NCBI GenBank assembly: GCA_963827685.1
Contig: CAWHBU010000003.1
Location: 608,001 to 672,000 of the forward strand
Direction of reading: 5' to 3'
DNA: 64,000 nucleotides
Origin: an uncultured delta proteobacterium
GTDB lineage: Bacteria; Desulfobacterota; BSN033; UBA1163
A model generated the notes under the pieces. It was not told the origin of the DNA, ran no database searches, and saw only the letters and a program-made list of their open reading frames with translations. This document shows positions 22,301 to 31,748 of the stretch, piece by piece. How positions within the stretch are numbered: position 1 is the stretch's first letter; each line of letters opens with the position of its first letter. A program made the translations under genes and the position numbers.

Positions 22301-23644
22301 TTACAGTCTCTGAATGAGATAAACAAAAGTAGGAAGACGGCTCTGGGTTTTTAATTTAAGGAATCTCCTCAGTAATTCCCTCTTACCCTCCTTATCTCTC
22401 ATCCCTTCCTCCATAAGGGGAGACAGATAGACAGCTCCTTTGTTGCGAGAGAGATCTGATCTGTCTCTGGTCAACTCTAAAAGTGAGGGTAAATGACCTG
22501 AAGGAAGATCTTTTCCGAAAACGAAGTTCGCAGTCACTTCAATCTTTTCATACCCTCTATTGATGTCTAAAATCCTGGTAAAAGCCTCGCGAACCTTTTC
22601 GACAGGAACAGGTTTCTTCAACGCCTCCAACGTGGCTGGATCATTCGACTCAAGTCCTATGTTGATATAAGTAGTAAAAGGGAGGTCGTTGAGTGACTCA
22701 AAAAGCTTTTCTTCAGAATGAATCATCGAATCGACGCTCCCAAAAAGAAAAAGACAGGTTCCTCTCAGATAAGACCGTTCAAATTCTAATATGTCGTAGG
22801 CTTTTTGGGCTGCCACCTCAAGGAGTTCTCGGCCTGCGGAAAGAGCGTCGTGCTGTCCCAAAAAAATGGCATTATAGTTGTGAAGGTCCTTCCCATAGAA
22901 CCGCTTCAAGTTTTTGATCTGTCCTATGATGTTTTTTGGAGTGTGAGGAGCGAAATCATGGCCTGTCTTCACTCGACAAAAGCCGCAGTTGTAAAGACAC
23001 CCGTCCGCCACAACGATGGGAATGACTTCGTAATCCACATGCCGGGTATCAGGCGGAAGAACGGTCACCTGGCCCCCAACGAAATGATGCAATCGGTCTG
23101 ATCTCGATCTCAGAGTCTCTTCATCGTTCTTCTTGATGATACGAGCTAAGAAATCCTTAAGGCTCCTTGGCTTAGCACCTAAAACCATTTTCTTTATTTT
23201 GACCTGAACCAACGGCCAGGACTTCAGGGCAAAATTTACGGCATCGTCGCCAAAAGGATTGTCGCCAATAATGGAGTTACTTGAATAAGAAAGACATGGG
23301 AAATAATATTCACCAAAGTAGTCGTAAATATCCTTATAATTACCAGCCGAGTAGTAAATCCAATCATGACCCACGGTTCGCTTCAGCCATTCTGCCGGAT
23401 GAGGCCAGTTCTTACCAATTCCCTGGATGTATTTGATCTCTCCATCCAGATTGAATTGAAAAATGTATTCTGGAGTCTTTATCTCTGAAAAACGACCATA
23501 CCGGACTGGAAAGCTGACCTTAGAGAACTCCTTTGATCCTTCTTTATCAAGGGTGATGATGAGATCATGAAACTGATAGGATTCCATATGATCAAAGTAG
23601 TCCGATTTTGAGCTAATGTTAAATCTCACATGCTTGTTTTTCAA
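22301..23644 (-). CDS. Radical SAM protein with N-terminal extension
   Basis: CLYNCGFC (CxxxCxxC), NIGLES. Start uncertain. Confidence 0.82.
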   Translation of the reverse strand: MKNKHVRFNISSKSDYFDHMESYQFHDLIITLDKEGSKEFSKVSFPVRYGRFSEIKTPEYIFQFNLDGEIKYIQGIGKNWPHPAEWLKRTVGHDWIYYSAGNYKDIYDYFGEYYFPCLSYSSNSIIGDNPFGDDAVNFALKSWPLVQVKIKKMVLGAKPRSLKDFLARIIKKNDEETLRSRSDRLHHFVGGQVTVLPPDTRHVDYEVIPIVVADGCLYNCGFCRVKTGHDFAPHTPKNIIGQIKNLKRFYGKDLHNYNAIFLGQHDALSAGRELLEVAAQKAYDILEFERSYLRGTCLFLFGSVDSMIHSEEKLFESLNDLPFTTYINIGLESNDPATLEALKKPVPVEKVREAFTRILDINRGYEKIEVTANFVFGKDLPSGHLPSLLELTRDRSDLSRNKGAVYLSPLMEEGMRDKEGKRELLRRFLKLKTQSRLPTFVYLIQRL

Positions 23645-23699
23645 GCCCGCTTTCTGTGTTATCGTTAATAACTAATACAAACACACTAATTCATAGAAT

Positions 23700-23766
23700 C
23701 CCCCCCCGCCCCTCCCCCTCAACGGGGGAGGGTGAGCCTGCCTGCCGGTAGCCAGGGGAGGGGGTG
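23700..23766. repeat. REP-like CCCTCCCCC/GGGGGAGGG palindrome with nested CCTGCCTGCCGGTAGCCAGG
   Basis: Direct reading; same family as 24745, 26228, 40227, 44061, 58854 and 59221. Confidence 0.7.
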
Positions 23767-23821
23767 ATGCCTAGGAAAATGTGGAGATAATGCAAAATTA
23801 GAAACTGGAGGAAGAGGATTA

Positions 23822-24586
23822 ATGAAATCAAAAATTAAAGAATTTGTTTTGAGTCTCGGAATAGACGATGTAGGTATCGCTGCGGTTAAAGACTATAAAA
23901 GCCCAAGGTCTCCAGATCTCCAGGCCATTTTCCCCGGGGCCAAGGCATTCGTTGTCCTCGCTTATAAAGAGCCCTCAAACTGCGAGAGCGAAAATATGCA
24001 GATCGCCATGGGTGGGCGATTGGATACAATGGAATTCTCCCGCTCGTCCAATTACAGAGTGGCGCGTTTTCTGGAAAGGGAATTTAAGGCAAAGGCGATG
24101 ACCGTACCCACATCTTATCCTCTTCATATGAGCTATGAAACCAGAGGAACAGTGGGAGATGTCTCTCTCCGTCATGCAGCTGTCGCCGCAGGTCTGGGTA
24201 ACTTTGGCCGACACAATCTGGTGATCCATCCAAAAATGGGGACAAGAGTTGTCTTTACAGCAGTGATCACGAATCTGGAGTTGCCTTCAGATCCCGCTGC
24301 TACGGAGAAGCTCTGTACGGATTGCAATCTCTGTGTCGACAATTGCCCTGTCCATGCCCTGGAGGAGGAAGGCAAAACCGATGATATGAAGTGCCTTAAA
24401 AATAGCCAGCCTTATGGCATTGGGAGTGTTATCCGTTTTTGGACCAAGTTTGCAGAGAGCACGCCGGAAGAGCAGAAAAAGATGGTGAGGGATGTGAACT
24501 TCTGGCGCTTATACCAAGCAGGGTTTATTGGGTTTCAATATTTCTGCTTCAACTGCATGAAGTCCTGTCCGGTCGGCCAAGAATAG
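23822..24586 (+). CDS. QueG/epoxyqueuosine-reductase-like 4Fe-4S dicluster protein
   Basis: SLRHAAVAAGLGNFGRHNL, CTDCNLCVDNCP, CFNCMKSCP. Confidence 0.8.
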   Translation: MKSKIKEFVLSLGIDDVGIAAVKDYKSPRSPDLQAIFPGAKAFVVLAYKEPSNCESENMQIAMGGRLDTMEFSRSSNYRVARFLEREFKAKAMTVPTSYPLHMSYETRGTVGDVSLRHAAVAAGLGNFGRHNLVIHPKMGTRVVFTAVITNLELPSDPAATEKLCTDCNLCVDNCPVHALEEEGKTDDMKCLKNSQPYGIGSVIRFWTKFAESTPEEQKKMVRDVNFWRLYQAGFIGFQYFCFNCMKSCPVGQE

Positions 24587-24744
24587 AGTTTACAGACAAA
24601 AATAGAATACTTCCGTTTAATCTCTAATAATTGTATGTGCCTTTGCGCTCTTGCCTTGAACGCTTAACCTCACGCTCAACAAAATAATAATTTTTTTGGA
24701 ACCAAATCGGGGCGGTTGTTGTCTTTAATACTATAAAACAAATG

Positions 24745-24785
24745 CCCCTCACCCTTCCCCTCTCCCCACAGGGGAGAGGGAGGGA
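24745..24785. repeat. REP-like palindrome
   Basis: CCCCTCACCCTTCCCCTCTCCCC-ACA-GGGGAGAGGG. Confidence 0.75.
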
Positions 24786-24808
24786 TTAGAAGAAAGGAGG
24801 ATTTTCCA

Positions 24809-26224
24809 ATAAAAAGGCTTATCGTTTTAATTACCCTCATCTTTTTCATCTTTTCTATCCAAATAGGTGATGCAGCACAGTTGACCAGTTCGCTCAAGGA
24901 TCAGCAGGATGTGGCGGTCACCATTTACAATTCGAATGTCGGTTTGGTTAAGGATATTCGCCTTATTGATTTTAGACCCGGTATCCACGAATTGAAGTTC
25001 ATGGATGTCGCAGCAAAGATTGACCCCACGACTGTTCACATTAAATCCTTAATCAACGGATCCAGTCTCAACATCTTGGAACAGAATTATGAATACGATC
25101 TTCTCAGCCCTCAGAAGCTTCTTGAAAAATTCGTAGGGCAGAACGTCCAACTTGCCACGAATAACCCCGAAACGAAAAAAGAGGAGATTGTTGAAGCAAC
25201 CCTTCTCTCCACTCAGGGTGGAAATATATTTCAGATAGGAGACAAAATCTCCATCAGCCATCCAGGACGCATTTTGCTTTCAAAGATCCCTGAAAACCTC
25301 ATCGCTCAGCCCACCTTAGTATGGATGTTGGAAAATAAACTTTCAAAACCTCAGAAATTAGAAGCCTCTTACCTCACCTCAGGGATTAACTGGAAGGCTG
25401 ATTACGTAGCGGTCGTGAATAAATTGGACACGATGACTGATTTGACCGGCTGGGTGACCATAGACAATCGGAGTGGCGCCACTTACCAAAATGCACTGCT
25501 TAAATTGGTAGCCGGCGATATCCATCGGGTTCAAGCAGAGGTGCAGATGGATTACGCAAGGGCAAAAGTGGCTGCTAAAGAAGCTGCCAGTCCTCAGTTT
25601 AAAGAAGAATCTTTCTTCGAATACCATCTCTATACTCTGGATCGAAGAACCACAATCAAAGATAATCAAACCAAGCAAATGACTCTTCTTGACGCTAATC
25701 AGGTCCCCATCAAGAAACTCTTTATCTTTTCAGGCAACCCCCAATACTATTATTACCAGGATCAGAGCTCAAATAAGCAAAAGATTGGGGTCTTTCTCGA
25801 ACTGGAGAACTCGAAGAAAAATAACCTGGGAATTCCCCTCCCCAAGGGAACAATCCGTGTGTATAAAGAAGACAAAGATGGAAGCCTCCAATTTGTGGGA
25901 GAGGACAGCATCGATCATACTCCAAAGGACGAAAAATTTAAGATCAAGATCGGAGAGGCCTTTGACGTGGTTGGAGAGAGGGTTCAGACGGATTACAAAC
26001 GGCTGGGCCGAAACCTTTTTGAGGTGGCCTTTGAGGTGAGTTTAAGAAATCACAAGAACGAAGACATTAAGGTTTTCGTCGAAGAACCCATCCCTGGCGA
26101 TTGGGAGATGCTTTCGAACACCCATCCGTTTGAGAAACTGAGCGCTCATCTGATGCGTTTTGAAGTACCCGTAGCTAAAGATAAGGAAGTGAAAGTGAAA
26201 TATAGGATTCGGTTTAAATATTGA
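24809..26224 (+). CDS. DUF4139-type exported protein
   Basis: VAVTIYN, EQNYEYDL, YLTSGINWKADY, FEYHLY. The frame extends to an ATA at 24809 behind AGGAGG and adds a signal peptide. Confidence 0.8.
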   Translation: MKRLIVLITLIFFIFSIQIGDAAQLTSSLKDQQDVAVTIYNSNVGLVKDIRLIDFRPGIHELKFMDVAAKIDPTTVHIKSLINGSSLNILEQNYEYDLLSPQKLLEKFVGQNVQLATNNPETKKEEIVEATLLSTQGGNIFQIGDKISISHPGRILLSKIPENLIAQPTLVWMLENKLSKPQKLEASYLTSGINWKADYVAVVNKLDTMTDLTGWVTIDNRSGATYQNALLKLVAGDIHRVQAEVQMDYARAKVAAKEAASPQFKEESFFEYHLYTLDRRTTIKDNQTKQMTLLDANQVPIKKLFIFSGNPQYYYYQDQSSNKQKIGVFLELENSKKNNLGIPLPKGTIRVYKEDKDGSLQFVGEDSIDHTPKDEKFKIKIGEAFDVVGERVQTDYKRLGRNLFEVAFEVSLRNHKNEDIKVFVEEPIPGDWEMLSNTHPFEKLSAHLMRFEVPVAKDKEVKVKYRIRFKY

Positions 26225-26291
26225 AAGACCCTGTCACCGCGCCGTCGCCAAAGCGGCTATGGCGCGTCGGCGACCTTCCCCTCTCCCCTCA

Positions 26292-26545
26292 GAGACTGTG
26301 TCGTAATCGCAGTGAGGGACAGGTGACCAGCTTCGGAAGCTTTAGAATTGCGGGTTTTTGAAAGGTATGGTCAATCATTCTTGCCATCAGGAATGATGTC
26401 TTCATGAAGTATATGCGTATGAATTTACATGATAAAAGGTTCCGCTCTAAAGCTTTCTCAGCCAGCCCCCTGTCCCCTAACAATCTTGTATTCTCTAACA
26501 TGAAGGATTCATCTCTTTGCGTAGTCACCATTGCGACACAGTCTC
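26292..26545. mobile_element. 254-bp MITE, copy 1, inserted in the loop of a REP palindrome
   Basis: TIRs GAGACTGTGTCGTAAT / ATTGCGACACAGTCTC; homologous inverted copy at 44076-44362. Confidence 0.85.
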
Positions 26546-26605
26546 CCAGGGGAGAGGGCGGGGTGAGGGGAACTCTGCATTCCGCATTCTGCAATCCAAA
26601 ATCTG

Positions 26606-27373
26606 TTAAATTACCGGTTTTTGTTTCTCTTCCATTCCTTTCTTCTCATTCACCGTCCGTAGGATTGCCATTCCGACAATGAAGAAGAGAAGGACGGAAA
26701 GGATACCCGATTGGACACTTCCCGTGATGGCAATTAATATTCCGTAGATCAGAGGTCCAAAGATAGAGGCAAATTTTCCGGAAACACCGAAGAAGGCAAA
26801 AAACTCCGCGCTATTGACATCCGGAGTAAAGATGCCTTGGAGGAAACGAGAGGCGGCCTGACTTCCGCCCATCACTAATGCGGCCAACACCCCCAATATC
26901 CAGAATTCTGTCTTTGGATCCCATAAAACGCCCAACCGGAAGGCCCACAGGACAATGAAGGACCAGATCCCTAATGTAAAAGACGTTTCCCTCCGCAAAA
27001 CCGATATTAGCAATGATGAAAAAGATCGCGCCCATCCAATAATCACCTGCATGGACGAAATAAAGGAGGCCGGAGAAAAGGACGCCGCCAAAACAAAAGG
27101 CCATCAAAAACCGTTTCTTTGATCCGAAGGCGTCGGCTATCGCACCTAAAAAAGGCGAAAAGATGGCTGAGATGGCCATGCTGAGAGCCACGGAGAAAGT
27201 GAAAAAGGAGGCACCGTGGAGACGGAATCCCAAAATTCAACCCCTTTCTCTCCACCTGCTACGACCGTGGCAAAATATTGATTGAAGATGACGGCGAGAA
27301 TGGTGGTGGCAAAAGCAGAGTTGGCGAAATCATACATCGCCCACCCAAAGATCTCTCGTTTTTGCACCGGCAT
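26606..27373 (-). pseudogene. MFS transporter (UMF1/Atg22-like) pseudogene
   Basis: GWAMYDFANSAF, SPFLGAIAD...GNVFY and MGGSQAASR...GKFASIFGP lie in three separate ORFs. Total 768 bp implies frameshifting plus a large internal deletion. Confidence 0.85.
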
Positions 27374-27481
27374 GGTTAAATGATGGCGTGACGCGCAGAA
27401 ATAGATGATGGCATGACGCGGAGATTGGGAGATAAGGTGATTTTTTATCTCTCTGTCTCCGCGTCTCCCTATCTATCTTGA

Positions 27482-28453
27482 TCAGACTGCCCTGATCTCC
27501 TGCCGCATAAAGACGAGGTAACAAACTCCAAAACAGAGGAAAGTCATGGCGACAATAGAAATCAGATACGGGGCGACGATAAGGAGGCTCTGCAAAAGGG
27601 GAAGCGGGTTTTGAAAACGAGACGCAGAAAGTTTCTCCAAGGGTCCCATTAAAGCATAGGCTATGGGTCTTGTTGTTTGATTCATCGGGTTGAGGACCAA
27701 GGAAGTAGCTTCGCTATAAAGAGTCACGGGAGAAAAAAGGGAAACAGTGTGCTGTATTTGTTCATTTAGAATAACGACATTGCGGTCAACTCCAGCGCCG
27801 CTTTGACTGATCGGAGCAATCGCATTTGCAAGGGCGCCTGCCCCCAAGCTCACGAAGAATGAGAAAAATATCCAGACCGCTAAGGAGGCCAGCGCGGAAG
27901 TGGCCGTACTGCGAAAGACCACTGAAAAGAGGATAGATATCCCTAACCAGAAAGAAACGTAGAGAATACTCGTGATCACATAGATCGCAAGACGCCAGAC
28001 CTCTTCCGAACCAGGCACCACACCGATCAATCGAATGCCCAAGCCTGAGATGATCAGGATAATGGCGACCAATACAATAGAGATAATCGTAACACCTGCC
28101 AGAAACTTTGCATTGATAATCGAGTCACGATAGATGGGCTGGGAGGCCAGCTTGCTCAGCGTCCGGGAGACTCTTTCCCGATTGATCGAATCGAATCCAA
28201 GAAAGATGCCGATGAGGGGACCAAAAAAGCCGATGAACTGGACAAAGGAGAAGAGTTTTCCTGTGGAGGTAAACAGCCACAAGAAGAGGAGGGTGGGTTT
28301 CGCCGCTCCTTTCGCTTCTTCCTGGATGCCCATGCCCACCATGGCGGCAATAATCACGCCTACCATCACAATCAATGCAGAGATAAGAAGAAACCGTACA
28401 CTGCTGAAATGGTCCTCCAGCTCTTTTCTCAATAAGGTGAATATCCCGCGCAA
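27482..28453 (-). CDS. ABC-2 type exporter permease
   Basis: LGFDSINRERVSRTL...SQPIYRDSIINAKF; multiple TM helices. Confidence 0.88.
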   Translation of the reverse strand: MRGIFTLLRKELEDHFSSVRFLLISALIVMVGVIIAAMVGMGIQEEAKGAAKPTLLFLWLFTSTGKLFSFVQFIGFFGPLIGIFLGFDSINRERVSRTLSKLASQPIYRDSIINAKFLAGVTIISIVLVAIILIISGLGIRLIGVVPGSEEVWRLAIYVITSILYVSFWLGISILFSVVFRSTATSALASLAVWIFFSFFVSLGAGALANAIAPISQSGAGVDRNVVILNEQIQHTVSLFSPVTLYSEATSLVLNPMNQTTRPIAYALMGPLEKLSASRFQNPLPLLQSLLIVAPYLISIVAMTFLCFGVCYLVFMRQEIRAV

Positions 28454-28454
28454 G

Positions 28455-29207
28455 TTAAGCCTCCTTGAAATATTTCATATAGATTTCTTCAAGCGTGTAA
28501 TGTTCTTTATCCACACCCAATTTCTTTTTGGCGAGATCTTCGATAGGACCCACCGCTACCAAACTTCCTTTGATCATGATGCCAACCCGATCGCAAATCC
28601 GTTGAACCTGATCGAGGAGATGGGAGGACAGAAAAATAGTGATATGCTGTTCTCGACTGAGATTGTGGATAAGGTCGAGCATTCGATTCGTTCCGTCTGG
28701 GTCCAGACCAATGGTCGGCTCATCGAGGAAGATGAGCTTCGGTTCCTTGATCAAAACCTCCGCAATTCCAAGGCGCTGTCTCATTCCCTTCGAATAGGTC
28801 CCCACCTTCTTCTTTACTTCTTCAAAAAGACCAACCTCTTCGAGCAACTCGTCAATCTTCTTGGCAGAGACTTTATCGGGGATGCGGTTCAAACGGGCGA
28901 TGAACCGGAGATTCTGCCTGGCATCCATATCATCATAAAAACCCACATTTTCAGGCAGATACCCAACCTTCTCCTTCACGCGGAGTGGTTCGCGTGCTGG
29001 ATCGAATCCAATAACTCGGACCTTCCCTGAGGAAGGCTCGGTTAGGCCCAAGAACATGAGAAGGGTCGTCGTCTTACCTGCTCCATTGGGACCGAGAAAT
29101 CCAAACACCTCCCCTTCCCGAATCTGAAGAGCGAGGTTATTCACGGCGAACTGAGTTCCATACTTCTTCGTCAGCCCTTCGGCTTCGATGATGATCTGCT
29201 CTTCCAA
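28455..29207 (-). CDS. ABC transporter ATP-binding protein
   Basis: GPNGAGKTT, YSKGMRQR, LDEPT, SSH. Confidence 0.95.
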   Translation of the reverse strand: MEEQIIIEAEGLTKKYGTQFAVNNLALQIREGEVFGFLGPNGAGKTTTLLMFLGLTEPSSGKVRVIGFDPAREPLRVKEKVGYLPENVGFYDDMDARQNLRFIARLNRIPDKVSAKKIDELLEEVGLFEEVKKKVGTYSKGMRQRLGIAEVLIKEPKLIFLDEPTIGLDPDGTNRMLDLIHNLSREQHITIFLSSHLLDQVQRICDRVGIMIKGSLVAVGPIEDLAKKKLGVDKEHYTLEEIYMKYFKEA

Positions 29208-29208
29208 T

Positions 29209-30420
29209 TTATCGTCTCCCCAACCAGATGAACAAGCCGCTCAACCCGGCAATTACAAAAATAATGACAAAGATTGCGATCCAGCCCCATTTGGCAGAGG
29301 CCTTCACCGTCACTCTCATTTCAATTGTCTTATCCGTTTTTTCTCCATTGACTAAGACCCCTACTGAATAATCCCCAACCAAGGCCTGTGCTGCCGGCTT
29401 GACTGTGACCTCAATCTGTTTCAAAGCGTCGGTTACTAAAGCATCGATTTTTTCCGGTTTGAAAGTGACTTCCCAATTCTCAGGTTTGAAGGAAGAAAAA
29501 GTAATGTTCCGGTTCACCGCAGAGCCCGTGTTCTTTACGAAGAATGAAAAATTGGCCGTTTTACCTGCAACGGCTTCCAGAGAGAGGATCCCCGAAGGCG
29601 TTCCCGCATCGAGCTTGTAAATACCTGTCAGGACCACCATCAACTTTACCTCAGCCCTTTTCTCTCCCGAAGTCACCCTTACCAGTATGGGATATTCCCC
29701 GGCGGGAGCTTCTTTCGCAGGAGTGACTTCAACAGCCACCGACTGACTCGTTCCTCCCTTGATCCGGAAACTGGAGATCTGTTTCTGTTCATAAGAGGGC
29801 TTGAAATTGATCTCCCACTTTTCTGGCCCGACCGCAGCTAAGTTGAATGTCCGATCCGTCTCAATCTTGTTCATGATATCCAAAGAAAATTCGAACTTGG
29901 CATCTGTCTGTCCCCTTAATACTGGATAGGATGTCGTGATCTGGATGTCCTCCAGACCTGCGGTTCGTTCCTGAACTGTTACATTCAGCTTATTCGAAAA
30001 AGTGAACTTTCCGTCAGCCGTCTGGGCGTCGAACTGAAAGATATAATCTCCAGGCCCCACCGTTTTATCGGGTTCCAGAGTCAGAGCCAGGTTCTTCGTC
30101 TTTCCGTTGGGAACGTATAACCCTGAGACCACGTAACTTCCCCCTTTCAGCGTAGCTTTCCATCCCTTTGGAATCGTAGAAATCTTGACATCGATGATTT
30201 CATCCGTGCGGCCTTTGTCCTCCAGGATTAGATCCATTCGAACTGTCTCTCCTCTGGGCACAACCACTCCAGAAAATTCCGGAAAAACTGCGATGCCGCG
30301 CTCTGGCCTGTGGTCCTTCTTATCCTCCTGGGCAAGGATAAAGGATGGAGTGATGAGACAAAATATCAGAGCAACCAAAAAAATAGATAATGATTTTCGG
30401 CTTCGATTCACTCGCCACAT
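29209..30420 (-). CDS. Exported Ig-like (NEW3/NPCBM-associated) protein with C-terminal TM anchor
   Basis: Signal peptide, three beta-sandwich repeats (P.GW...G.Y), C-terminal TM plus RR. Start ATG 30420 after GGAGG. Confidence 0.75.
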   Translation of the reverse strand: MWRVNRSRKSLSIFLVALIFCLITPSFILAQEDKKDHRPERGIAVFPEFSGVVVPRGETVRMDLILEDKGRTDEIIDVKISTIPKGWKATLKGGSYVVSGLYVPNGKTKNLALTLEPDKTVGPGDYIFQFDAQTADGKFTFSNKLNVTVQERTAGLEDIQITTSYPVLRGQTDAKFEFSLDIMNKIETDRTFNLAAVGPEKWEINFKPSYEQKQISSFRIKGGTSQSVAVEVTPAKEAPAGEYPILVRVTSGEKRAEVKLMVVLTGIYKLDAGTPSGILSLEAVAGKTANFSFFVKNTGSAVNRNITFSSFKPENWEVTFKPEKIDALVTDALKQIEVTVKPAAQALVGDYSVGVLVNGEKTDKTIEMRVTVKASAKWGWIAIFVIIFVIAGLSGLFIWLGRR

Positions 30421-30544
30421 ATGTCTACCTCCTAAAAACATCTGTTAGAATTTCAAACCTTTTAGATTTTGTATTTTGAAAAACCCGAGAGGAATTTTTC
30501 GCACCAAAATGTAATCGTTTGACAATTGGTTGTCAAGATAAACT

Positions 30545-31651
30545 TTATAACATTTTTCCGACAGATTTCAAACCCGTCCCCGTTAAAGTGGAGACCACGG
30601 TTTCCCGTCTTCTCCTTTTTCTGAAGTACTTTTTTAATCCGGCAATCGTCGCTGCGGAGGTGGGCTCGATGAAATGACCTTTTCGACCCATTTCCATCAG
30701 GGCCTTCCTAATCTCCTCTTCCGTTACCACCAGAATCTCTCCATCCGTCTCCTGGATCGCCTCCAGTATCTGCCTTCCCCTGACAGGTTCTGAGATGGCA
30801 ATCCCCTCGGCAATGGTCTCTTCCTTTTTAGTGGGCCGGGTCTCTCTCCAACCTTTTCTAAAGGCCTGATAGAGAGGGGCGCAAAGAACAGATTGGACAC
30901 CCACCAGCCTGGGAATTCTCTTAATCATCCCTGCTTCCTTCAACTCTCTGAAGCCCATCGTGGCTCCTAAGAAAAGCGTCCCATGTCCAATGGGGAGCAC
31001 AAGTACATCCGGAGCCTTCCAACCCATCTGCTCCCAGACTTCAAAGGCGAAGGTTTTTGTTCCATGGAGAAAAAAAGGATTCCAGCAATGACTGGCATAA
31101 GGGATTTTGGAGGCAGCTTCAATCGCCACCTCCGCTGTCCTTTCCCTCGAACCCCGCACCTTTTTTAAGGTCGCCCCGTAAGCTTGGATTTGGACTGTCT
31201 TCTCTGAAGAGGTGTCCTGGGGAACGTAGATCTTACATGCTATTTCTGCTCTGGCACAGTAAGCCGCAATGGCTGATCCCGCATTGCCTGAGGAATCCTC
31301 GACCACTTTTTGAACTCCCCACTCCTTCATTTTACTGATGAGCACTGTGGCTCCGCGATCTTTATAAGATCCTGTCGGGAAAAGATAATCGATCTTTATG
31401 AGGGTGCGATACCCGTCGAACTCTATCTCCTCCAGAGGAGTAAACCCTTCATTCATCGAGAGGATAGAGGCCTCGTGATGGATTGGGATCGCTTCACGAT
31501 ATCGCCATAAGGTAGGACCTCTTATTAGAATTCTTTCAATGAAAAATTTGGATTCAAATTCGAGGTCTAGAAAGGAACCGCAATCGCATCGCCATCTGGA
31601 CGGCTGAAGAGGATAGAAACGGTTGCAATTTGAACAAAAAAATCTCTCCAT
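30545..31651 (-). CDS. Threonine-synthase-like PLP enzyme
   Basis: EGFTPL, PTGSYKDRG, DSSGNAG, EPTSA. Confidence 0.85.
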   Translation of the reverse strand: MERFFCSNCNRFYPLQPSRWRCDCGSFLDLEFESKFFIERILIRGPTLWRYREAIPIHHEASILSMNEGFTPLEEIEFDGYRTLIKIDYLFPTGSYKDRGATVLISKMKEWGVQKVVEDSSGNAGSAIAAYCARAEIACKIYVPQDTSSEKTVQIQAYGATLKKVRGSRERTAEVAIEAASKIPYASHCWNPFFLHGTKTFAFEVWEQMGWKAPDVLVLPIGHGTLFLGATMGFRELKEAGMIKRIPRLVGVQSVLCAPLYQAFRKGWRETRPTKKEETIAEGIAISEPVRGRQILEAIQETDGEILVVTEEEIRKALMEMGRKGHFIEPTSAATIAGLKKYFRKRRRRETVVSTLTGTGLKSVGKML

Positions 31652-31661
31652 GATTAAAAAT

Positions 31662-31736
31662 CAAGGGATTGAGGAATTGAGGAATTACAAATTCCTAAAT
31701 TCCAAAATCCCTGAATCCCTAAATTCCTGAATTCCC
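31662..31736. repeat. Inverted octamer array (GAGGAATT / AATTCCTA-AATCCCTG)
   Basis: Direct reading between the kinase and thrC-like genes. Confidence 0.8.
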
Positions 31737-31748
31737 TATGCGTTTTTA

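Noticed and set aside
23822-24586. Possible reductive dehalogenase
   Set aside because: Only 254 aa, no Tat signal and no rdhB anchor; fits a short QueG-like protein.
26289-26682. ORFs 26289-26594 and 26404-26682, and their look-alikes at 44030-44489
   Set aside because: They are translations of the MITE; no transposase motif is visible.
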